A stretch of DNA of 62,110 bases, filler included, from Choristocarpus tenellus KU-1152 (taxonomy: Eukaryota > Protista > Phaeophyceae): assembly GCA_964200185.2 (NCBI GenBank). It is 8 parts of 8 records of this genome, joined end to end, with 100 filler letters (N's around TTAATTAATTAA, not from the genome) between each part and the next. Parts side by side here need not be neighbours in the genome. Positions count along the whole stretch, not along the records: positions 20,068 to 34,126 come from CAXNAD020001289.1; positions 34,227 to 44,551 come from CAXNAD020002989.1; 6 more parts are not named here. The stretch is one strand, 5' to 3'. The notes under the pieces are model-generated. The model made no database searches. It worked only from the letters and a program-made list of their open reading frames with translations, and was not told the origin of the DNA. Shown one piece after another: positions 26,901-40,138 of this stretch. The translations under genes were made by a program, and so were the position numbers. Position 1 is the first letter of the stretch. Each line of letters begins with the position of its first letter.

Positions 26901-29900
26901 GTTAATTTTTCTCTGTTATTTATGTAATGTTTTTCTTTGTTTCAGGGGCTTCCACTGTGTCCCCAGCTGGAAGAGTTCAGACGAGATATTGGAGATGTGG
27001 TGGGTTATCGCAGGGAATGTTCCCGTTTTGGGTTAGAAGGTGAAGTTATGGTGTTACTGTTATTGTTATTATTATTGTTATTTGTTATTATTGTTATTTT
27101 TGTTATTATTATTATTGTTAGTATTATTTGTTATTATTATTATTGTTATTATTATTGTTATTGTTAGTTACTATTGTTGTTATTATTATTATTGTTATTG
27201 TTATTATTGTTGCCACTTTTTCTATTGCGCTCATTGTTCACTTTAGTCTGATGGCTCTCCTTACCTTACCCATGGTCAGACGCACATCTTCCTGCAGAGT
27301 CGAACTAATTTAATGGTAGGGTTAGGGTTTTTAACCATTTCATATTATTTTAAGTCATCTTTCTTACCCTGTAAAATACACTTGATTTCTTGCTTTGATA
27401 TGCACAGTAGTGTACTCATGTTGATACTCCCCCTCTACACACAAAATTACACCAAATGTAAGAACAGGGTTAGGGCTAATTAACTCCTTTAGTGGTACAA
27501 GGTTAGGGCTAATTAACTCCTCTAGTGGTACAATGTGACCTCCTAGCCCTAACCCTAACAACCTCCCAGTTGATTGAACCCTGCATTACTTCTCATGTGC
27601 TACCTACTCTGTTCTGACTAATTGTTCTAATACTGCTACTTCCACTTCCTTGTGACCACCCTAACCCTAACCCTTGTTGTGTGTTGAGTTTAGTCATTCC
27701 CTATTTGTCACTCAATCTCCTCCCAAGAATATTGTGCTGGAATTATCTCAGGGTTGCTTGACAATAACTATATCCACCTTTTTTTGTTCATGATCCGATG
27801 TTCTTATGGTACAGCAAGAGATACATACATAAGGTACATACATACATACATACAACATAGCAGTGGTGATACTGGTATATGTATTGTGCAACACAAGAAT
27901 AAATGAAATAGAGAATAAGATAACATGTAACATTACATCACATAGGTTGATGTAACCCTAACCCTAACCCAACGCAACACACCACATGCTTTGAAACCAA
28001 ATATTTTGGGTGATTAGGGTTAGGGTATACTGGAGACTGAGACCATGTATGTTAGTAATGCCTTTCCCTAGATGTAGAAACTTTGTCATTTTTTCTTTTT
28101 TCAAACATTTTTTTTATGTTTCTGTTTTTGTATTAACATAATAAAACATTTATCAATACTACTATAATTGGATTAAAATAATCTAATGTACTCGACTAGA
28201 AGTGTCTAACCCTAACCCTAATGCAGTTTACACTCGCACAAAAAATAAATTAAAATAACTCCTCATTTTTTTGGTCTCATACATAATAATTACGATTTTG
28301 TTGAATTGTATCGATTCAATTGAATCTAAGATTCATAAAATTGTCTCATTGACTTATTATCCTTACTACAGTATTCCGATTTTTGGGGTTTCATATATGT
28401 GTGCATGGCGGAAGTCACAAGGATTACATTATTGGGAGCCGTTAGGTGTGTTTCTCACTCCATGATTTGTTCTGTATTTTTTTTGTTAACACACCCTCTG
28501 GCAGGGAATGAGAACTGTCAGTCTCCTAGCGGTTTTGATGCGATGGCAGGCGTTGGCAGTGTGGGTTTGTCATCGGAGGGAGGCTTTCGAGAGAGTGGTG
28601 TTGGCTATGGTAGTGACAGTGACAGTGATGGTGGTGGTGGTGGAAATAATGGCATGGGGTACATGGGGGATGACGGGTTTGATGGCGATGAGGCTAGAGC
28701 AGACTTTGGGAATATGGCTGACGAGGCAATGAGGTAGGGTTAGGGTATGAGGTTAAGGTCATGAGTTATGTACTTAGGGTAGATTGTGGTGTTTCAATGT
28801 TTAGGATGGTGTTAGGGTTGGATGTGATGCTTTGTTTTGAATTTTGGGAGGTGTTACGTGGTTAGGGTTAGGGTTAGGGTTGGGGTTTGACTGGGATCTT
28901 TGTTGTGATATTAGGGTTAGGGTTAGGGTTAGGTTTTGACTAGGATCTTTGTTGTGATATTTTAGTGCATTTGGTGATATGGGCCAGCTCTAGGTTGGAA
29001 TGTCATGCCAAGATTGATAATGTAATAGATAAAAAAGATTTGCTATGGAACGATAAAAAAAGATTTGCTGGTTAGGGTTAGGGCATGATGGGGAATGTTT
29101 GATATAAAAAATAATGTTTACAGCCTAGGATTATTTGATTCTGAATTGAAAGAGTAACGGTGATGTTCAGAATAATATCAAACTGTAGGATATTGTTTTA
29201 ATTTTGGAGAAATTTGTCCTCTTGTTTTCTTTTCTTTTCTTTTGTTAGAGTATGTACTATGTATTGATACGATGATCAATATATTATACGTAATATTAGT
29301 GCTATTGATATCATTATAATCATAATTGATATATTAGGGTTAGGGTACTGCATTTGTTGCTGCTAGTGGTATTGAATGAACTATGAATGTAAATAATAGT
29401 ATGTATATATCTTAAGGTTAGGGTTGGTTTGGTTCAAGTTCACAATTTGTTTTTGTTATGTTGTTGTTTTGTGAACAGTAGTTCACTGTTAGAAGGCGGT
29501 GAGGGAGAAGTCATTAGAGGGGTGGATAATGAGAATGAGAACACCAGAAGAGACACTGCAGGAGATGAGCTTAACTACTCCGTGTGGAGAGGTTCTATGG
29601 CAGAAAGTACCTCCACAGGGGACCAGGAGACCCTCTTAGGTCGTCTTTGCATGGGACATATGCAGGTATGTTTATGTTATTTGATATGAGAGAGAGGGTT
29701 GACCTCTCAACCTAATTTTTTGCTTTTTTTGTGAATGGTGGTAATGTAGTAAGTAATGTAGTAAGAAGCAAAAAATAAAATATATTGAAGATGTAATAAA
29801 TAGGAATATTATTTTTGGCACCTTGTAACATTGTATTAACATTGTATTGGTAGTGATGGTGATGATGGTAGTGATGGTGTGTCATGCCGTTGCTATTCAT

Positions 29901-32900
29901 GATGTTGACATCGTTGGAGAGGTTTGATTTGGTGTGATTGGAAAAAAATATGTCGAACATGAAGTATAATTTTTTTATTTGAACATGAGTTAATGTTGGT
30001 TAGGGTTAGGGTTAGGGTTAGTTTGGAAGTCTAACCCTAACCCTAAGTTAGTGTTGGTTTGGAAGTCAAAACACCACTCTAACCCTACCTTGAACCTTGG
30101 CTCTTGAGTGAAACTATGCACTAGGAGGGTCGATTTTGACCCTTTCTGATTTTTTAACCCTAACCCTAACCCTATGATGGTTTTGAACCTTGTGGGTTAG
30201 GGTTAAGGTTGTGTAATAAACAATATGCCCATACATGATATGTAGTTAACCCCCCCCTGAAAGGGTGTGACTATAGAAAAGAGGATTAGCTGTAAACACA
30301 TAGGGAGCGGAGAGTGCTTTCCTCTATGCTCAAAAAATGTTCTCTACATCAGAATAACCCTAACCCTTGAAATCAAGACTGCTCTCTTAGAAAATTCCAA
30401 TGGTCTTGTTTGATTCTAAATAGTTACTTGAACAGTGTTTCCATTGACTTGGAAAATTTTGTGTGTGCGGGACTGAATGAAAGGTTAGGGTTAGGGTTAG
30501 GGTTAGGGTTTTACTTTGGATTAGGGTTAGGGTTAGGGTTAGGGTTTTACTTTGGATTAGGGTTAGGGTTAGGGTTAGGGTTTTACTTTGGAGTTAGTTT
30601 GGCAAGGAATTGTTTCTTTTTATTGTTGACTAGGTGTTCATGTTGTTGTACGCCTGTACTCTACACCAATTGTAGGGTTAGGGTTAGGGTTAGAGTCGTG
30701 GTTAGGGTTAGGGTTAGGGTTGAGTGATTCTGTTGGTACTTTTGTCTGATCAATCGGATTGTGTCTGAAACTTGCTTTGTGAATAGCTTCTTTATGTACC
30801 TGGACAAAAGTCAGCATGAAAAACATGCAAGTTTGAAGTACCCCAAATGTCATACTTACATCTAACCCTAACCCTAAGACGTTTTGAATCATGTAGCACT
30901 TTGCAATAGGATAGTCTGGGTGGAAGCTACTTCACGCTAGTCGAAAGGGTTAGGGTTAGGGTTATTGTTTTGAAATTTGATAGTAATGGTTTGGATTGTT
31001 GTGATTAGGCAGCAAAACCACCGCTGCTTTTTTATCATCAACTGCAACTTTTGAGATAACTTGAAACAAAATATGCATCATAATTGGTTCAAAATAATCA
31101 TCACAAATGAGGTTGTTTTGAGAAGTTAAGTTATATTATAACTTTCATACCTAAATGAAAAAGAAGAATGGAGTGCCCCATTAGGACCATGATTTGATGT
31201 GTATGTATGTATTTGGCTGTGTGTGTGATACTACTATATATACAAGGAAAGTTACTGTTGGTGGTATATAGGAAATTGGTTGTACTTGTTGTAGTAAATG
31301 ATGTAACTTCATACCAATCTGCTAACCCTAACCCTAACCCTAGCTAACCCTTATACTAGATAGAGTGTGTATATCCTAGCCTTGAAGGTTTGATTACGAT
31401 TAGACAAACTATGATCGGTCCATTACTATTATTTTTGTATTATTATTGTTTGTATTAGTATTATATTATGTTTCTATTAGCAGTATTAGTATTAGTAATA
31501 GTATTGATACTATTATTAGTAGTATTAATATTTTAGTATTATTATTATTATTATGAGCTGGCTGCATTCTCTTTTGTGTTGATTCTTTGTTCCCCATGTG
31601 ATACGATACCCTAGCACTTAGTACGTTGAATTTTATAACGTGTAATGCAATGAATGTCACAACAGCACGATCTCTGACATGCATGAACTTATTCTCATCC
31701 TATTTCTTGGCAAGATACCAAAATACATATTTTTATTTTTGAAAATACTGTTGAAGGCCGACAGTGATTTGTTCCTTAGCCCCTTATCATTCCTAAGTGA
31801 TACACTAATAGTTCAGGCAATTTTGAAGGTGGACAACATTCTTTTGCTTAGTCCTAGTTCAACAAGTAGAATTGAGTGCATTTACAATACAGCAGAGTAC
31901 TCTTTTCTGAAAACTTTTTTTTCTTTAATGTCATCAATTGTGATGGAAGCTGAAGGATTAGGATTAGGGTTAGTGTTAATCCCAAGTTGAAGGTAGATAT
32001 TCCCAGTTGAAAACCCTTTCTTTGTTTATAACAAGATGAGAGCCAAAGTAGTGAAGGTGGATGATGACTGTTCCTTCTTCAAGTCCTTACCCTAACCCTA
32101 ACCCTTCAGAATATATTTTTTTGTCAAGGTGGATAATGAGTATTCATTCTTTGATGCTGGAGCAGCAACCAATCACTGGGCTGGGGCATCACACTGGAGC
32201 TTCAACCGAAAGAAGAAGATGGTGAGGGTTAGGGTTAGGGTTAGGCCTACATTGTAGCCTACATTAAGATTTTTAATTTTTCACTTACTTGAGTCTTAGT
32301 TCTATGATTGGACAGTGTTGTTTGGAGTGGTAGTTAGCTTGGTCTACTAGGAGGGGAATGGCATGACTCTGAAATTTAACTCTTTATGATGTTGCGGTGA
32401 ATTTAGGGTTAGGGTTTATGTACAGGAACCATCCTAGTGGGGTTAGGGTTAGGGAACTGAAAGGTGTACAAGAATTCGTTATTGAAGATCCCCCAAACTG
32501 TCATGAAATGCCTCCCTATGTATTATAAAAATGGCATTTGCTAAATTGTCATTTGCATGTAACTCATGAAAATATTGTGCATTAGGGTTAGGGTTTGAAT
32601 TTTATGCCAAGAGAGTGAGTGACCAGAAATATTTTGAAGGAAAAAGGAAATTAAAAAATAAATATCCCTAACCCTAACTCTAACTGACATTTCTCTCTTC
32701 TTTTGGCTTCAAATGGACTGGTTGATTGTGAACACTGTGATGAAGGTGTCATGTACACTTGGTGGGAAGGGGAAGAGGGCATCGGGGGAGGAGGGGGAAG
32801 AAGGTCAGGAGGATGAGGATAATGGAATATTAGGGTTAGGGAGTGTGAAGAAGGGTGTTCGATCAAGAAAAAAGGCGTTTGCTATTGATTTTGATGGTCC

Positions 32901-32901
32901 G
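20964..32901 (+). CDS. NCAPH: Condensin I complex subunit 2 (CAP-H/Barren kleisin), internal exons only
   Basis: Phase-compatible GT-AG exons 20964-21047, 22439-22513, 23278-23377, 25455-25607, 26946-27039, 28505-28733, 29479-29665, 32129-32221, 32746-32901. They encode CAP-H hallmarks: ETLKKPEALNL-SDLDSAFDVDPIFSKMAKTFDEAGSK-GMLLNNL..RVSFDS, LCPQL, EYSFFD..HWAGASHWSF, KKAFAIDF. Confidence 0.9.
21243..21403. repeat. Degenerate (GTA/GTG)n microsatellite, intronic
   Basis: Direct reading; explains the poly-T, poly-V, poly-Y and poly-L ORFs here. Confidence 0.92.
22567..22648. repeat. 13-bp tandem repeat (about 6 units, ATGATATWGATTY)
   Basis: Direct reading. Confidence 0.85.
24201..24778. repeat. 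20-bp minisatellite, about 29 units (CAGTACWGYGATGACAGTTA), intronic
   Basis: Strict 20-nt periodicity with no spacers. Confidence 0.97.
25898..26118. mobile_element. Small TIR element (GGGTTGCCATA...TATGGCAATCC), possibly hAT-like
   Basis: Imperfect TIRs of about 18 bp. The same left end GTTGCCATATCCGACAAATCGT recurs at about 19476. No TSD visible. Confidence 0.5.
27052..27211. repeat. Degenerate (TTA/TTG)n microsatellite, intronic
   Basis: Direct reading. Confidence 0.92.
30485..30592 (+). repeat. Higher-order repeat [(TTAGGG)4 TTTTACTTTGGA] x3
   Basis: Three identical 36-bp units. Confidence 0.95.
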
Positions 32902-33898
32902 GTGAGTTGTGCTTAGGGTTAGGGTTAGGTGTGTGTACGGTGTTAGGGTTAGGGCTAGGGTTAGGGGCATTGGTGGTGAACATTTAAGGTGGCATGGGAG
33001 ACTGTATATTATAATATTCTTTTAGAGTATTTGCAACCTGTGACGTTATTAGGGTTAGGGTTTGATTTACCTGTGATGTTATTTCTATTTTATTGAAATA
33101 TTTCTTATTCTTATATCGTTCTTGTTTAGGGTTAGGGTTAGGGTTAGAGTTAGAGTTGGTTTTTGGTCCGGGTTGTAGTTGAGGACTTGATAATAAATAT
33201 GGTGTTGGGTTGTTGGGTTAGGGTTGGGGGTGTTACAGGGTTAGGGTTGAAATAGGTTACATTTTGTGAGTGTGTTTTTTTTTAATGTGCACTTATGGTT
33301 CGGGTTAGGGTTAGGGTTATCTTTTTAAGTGAGACAACTCATTAACCCATATATAACAATAGTAACAATAATTGATTGATCAGTCCTGTATTTTGTATTT
33401 TATCAGTATTATTATTAATACAATGACAATTTTTATGGGTTAAAATATGTTTGATGGTCTTATCCAGTTTTCTGTACTTGTTATTTATTGGTGAGTACCT
33501 CAAAGTAGTTTTCTTGATTTTTTTCATTTGTGTTTTTTTGGTAACCCTAACTCTAACCCTAACCCTTTGTTTCCCTTGTATGAATGACTTAATCCTCGAA
33601 ATATTTCTTTGATAGCACTGTCCTTTATCAATTTGTTCTTCCTATGGTGCTTGGTCTGGGGTACATCTTTTTTCTTGTGAGTTTTATTTTTTACATGCTA
33701 TGTCAATCTCGCATTCAATTTTATTTTTTATTTCAGTCCAATTGTCTCGAGTCTATAGATAGAGCATAAAACATGAAACCAAGGTGCATTTTTTATATCA
33801 ATCTCTGAGTAAAAGAAATCTATCAAAGAAATCTATCAAAGACTGAATCAAATGTGTACTGTTTATTTTAGGTGTTTGCTACAGCCTTGCACTTCTCT

Positions 33899-34087
33899 GG
33901 CTCATAGTATCTGGGGGGGAGGGGGGTGGTGGGTGTCCATTTGGGACCCATTTTTCCATGTCACAATTCTTGTGTGATTTGATTGCATTGCGTCGGATGG
34001 ATAATGTAAGTTCACTTTTCCTGGTCAGAACTCAAATGGACACCCTGGTGTAGACCCCCCCCCCCCCCCCCCCCCCCTTCCCCCCCC
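33899..34087 (+). mobile_element. MITE family A copy ending in poly-C at the contig end
   Basis: Colinear with 517-697. Confidence 0.75.
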
Positions 34088-36561
34088 ACACATCACATAT
34101 AAATACAAAAATAATTTTATATTTAANNNNNNNNNNNNNNNNNNNNNNNNNNNNNNNNNNNNNNNNNNNNTTAATTAATTAANNNNNNNNNNNNNNNNNN
34201 NNNNNNNNNNNNNNNNNNNNNNNNNNCCCCCCCCAGATACCTTGAGTCTATTGTTTCTGATCATTATTGCACTTAGATTTTCACCTCCTTGATTACATTT
34301 TGTTTGTGTTCAAGATATACTTCTAGTTCACTACATGTCTTCACCAACTGACTGAGATTTAAGAGCAAAGGAGTGGGATACATCATGACCGGAAACACTA
34401 CAGTGTGGTTTGGGTGCTATTTCCATCGTTTAGTACTGCACATGTTGGTAAGCCTGTAGGGGATTGGAACCCCATGTGTACCAGACATATCCCACATTGA
34501 AAGCACAGGAAGATCAGAGGGAACCTAGCTAGTACGGGATAGATTCATCTTAAAATCAAAGTAATGTACTTGCACAGCTGTATAATACTACTAGATGCAT
34601 TGACGATAAGAAGAGGTATTCTGGAGTAGTATGTGAGCAGTATGTATGCAATATCCATTGCGCCCCGAGATACTTTCTAGAAGGGCAAGTATGCCATGCA
34701 TTATTATTATTATTATTAGGTCATTTTTTGTCTTTCGTGGAGAAGTTTTTTTTACCGTAGTTGAATAAAAAACCGTTACAGATGCCGCTTACAGTTGTAT
34801 TATATTAATCGCGTGAGGAATTGAGAAAAAAATAAAAGCCGCCTTCAACTTCGAATATATAAACAGGCACACCCCCATACGGTGCTCCCTCTATCATGTT
34901 CATAGAAGATGGAGTGAATTCATTATGTGTGGAGCCATGGCTGCAGAGACATGGAATTGAGAGGAGCAAATTATTTTGACTGTAAGTTGTGGACGTGTAT
35001 CCATTTCTCTACTTTATTACATAGTAGTAGTTGGATATTTGTGTTTCCAATTACTACTGCCTAATAAAACAATAAGATGGGAAAATATGTATATTATCTT
35101 CTCATGGATAGAACCGTTCAGTTAATTTTCATTTTGAGTAAGTCTAGTTATAACTGTCATTGCCTGGGTAGGTCATGATTTCAAGGTGTATGATATTCCT
35201 TCTTGCTTTGAGGCTTGCTGTATCATTCACTCCTTACCAGCGAAACCACCTTGTGTGTGTATGTCTTGTACATAGCTTGATCAGGATTGTTGGAGATAGT
35301 GTCCAGCTTGACGATAATTAATGAGCTATTAGTTACACTATTATTTTACTACCACTTACACTACTAACATGGTATAGAGTGTGTACCTAATAGCATAAAA
35401 ATATTAACGACTACAGTATCAAAATAAAAGAGAGCTGAAAAGGAGGATCTTGATATCATCGACTGCAAGACGCTCATTGTTGTGTATCATAAAACAATAG
35501 AGCCATTTACCCCACGACGAATCCTAGGTCCTTGTCATTTACTCTCTTCAATACGTACGAAGGTCCACAATACGAATTAGTCGCACATAATACACTAAAC
35601 TCGTACCGTTCTCTTCACCGTCTACTAGAAGGACGGAGCAAGTCAATAGGTGCACTTCTAGAGGGGACATAAAAATTTTTTGTCCGACAACGATTCTATT
35701 CCTTTACCTATCCTCAGATATAGAAAAAAAAAAGTAATTGATTCAGGACATGAATTTTCAACAATAAAAAAGATTGGACATCTACAGAACACGCTGGTGT
35801 CCCAGCATCATTCTGTCCAGAATGCACTTCACACTTGATCCATTCCTACGACAAATATTTCATATACGGTCTCACACGTATCCCAATTTCCGTTCACCTT
35901 CATTTTATGTGTTTATGTACTAATCTAGTCTGTAACATAGGAATCAAATGATTATACGACAAGTAAGACGCAACGTAAGATGTAAAGTCATTATTTCAAG
36001 GTGAACCACAGAAATTGATTTATCAACATCAATCTGAACCACCCCTAATCATTATCTCAAACCTGTTTTCAATATATTGAGAACTTCAATCTTGGTTGAG
36101 AAGCATTAATTTGACTTAGTTCAGTTTTTATGTTTTACAACATGAATTGATGCACATACCGTGTGACTCATGCAGTGCAGTGATACTTGACAAACTACAT
36201 ATTTCAACTAAAACTCTATAGTTTGCTATCCACCTTCAAAACTTCTCCACATGGTGTGTACATAATGAACATTCAACATAATGCACACCATGCATACAAA
36301 ATACACAATCCAATCACCTCAAACATAGCACACAAAATGACACAGAACAAAACTTTCCCACAGTGCCAAAACAGTACACTGATGCCATACATAGATGGAA
36401 CAGTTTGAAATCAAATCTCAAATATGACACAACTCAGTGTTAACCTTTAGCACTCACACTGGCAAATCCCTACATATTACTGAAGTTTAAACATCAGTAA
36501 GAGACACCAGACTGGAAGGTGCTTACAGCATCTAATCCCCACAATATGGTTAGTAACTAGC

Positions 36562-39467
<2,906 letters not shown>

Positions 39468-39591
39468 TTTCTTCAGGCAGTGATAGATTTCTGTTAGGTG
39501 ATATAAGCTTTAGCTTGAGTAAGAGTTACTTGATCTATGGAAAGGATGTTGTGGAGTGGTGGGATGGATGGGGGGTAAACCAACCATGCTG

Positions 39592-39603
39592 TTATATATA
39601 ATA
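39592..39603 (-). promoter_or_regulatory. Putative TATA box of HSP70
   Basis: TATATATA tract about 125 bp upstream of the HSP70 ATG, between the gene and the HSEs. Confidence 0.45.
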
Positions 39604-39775
39604 ATATTTTTTAATGGATGGCGATGTGGCGTCTAGAAAAAATGTCTGACCTTCCAGAAATCGGATAAAGCAGAGGTATTAGTAGTTTTACATTGGATAT
39701 TAGACTAGTTCTTCTCTACTCCTTTACAGCTCTGGAGCTGTAGAGTCACAAAACTAGAACATATCTATTCCATAA

Positions 39776-39795
39776 TTTCAAGAACATTCTGGAGT
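39776..39795. promoter_or_regulatory. Heat-shock element (nTTCnnGAAnnTTCn plus a near-match fourth unit)
   Basis: tTTCaaGAAcaTTCtgGAg about 310 bp upstream of the HSP70 ATG. Further GAA/TTC half-sites at 39631-39659. Confidence 0.75.
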
Positions 39796-40138
39796 TAGGG
39801 ACTGACTATACAAATCAACCATATCTTGGTGGTCACTCTGGGTGCTCTGGGGTCTGGATGAATGTAATATCTTACTACTACACATTTACTAATAGTTCTT
39901 TTACTATATACTACTTTTACTATTACTATACATTATTTGCTATTATATACTTGTATTGATCAATTTGTTACTTCTAGAGGGGTTCTTATGATATTGAACT
40001 GGCTTTCCATTGGCTTTTCACCCAAGCCTAGAGAGCCAGCTCGAAGTTGTAGTTGATACTACTTTTTTATCAAGACTTGGTGATGGAAAGGTGGGTTTAT
40101 CCGCTTTAACTGCATGATACGTGTCAGCCAAAGGCGCC

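Larger units (their letters stand above)
20531..33564. repeat. Dense dispersed interstitial telomere-type tracts (TTAGGG)2-4 and (CCCTAA)2-3
   Basis: More than 50 separate short tracts counted by eye, in both orientations. Confidence 0.95.

Noticed and set aside
20068-34126. A true chromosome end
   Set aside because: The tracts are short, dispersed and in both orientations, with no terminal array; a subtelomeric location cannot be excluded.
33899-34248. Contigs 2 and 3 (and 4 and 5) being truly adjacent through one split family A MITE
   Set aside because: The flanking 4-mers do not match (CTCT vs TATT; TTGT vs ATGA), and the element is high-copy.
34905-34981. Possible plus-strand exon ending in GTAAGT
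   Set aside because: All frames contain a stop and no partner exons were found.
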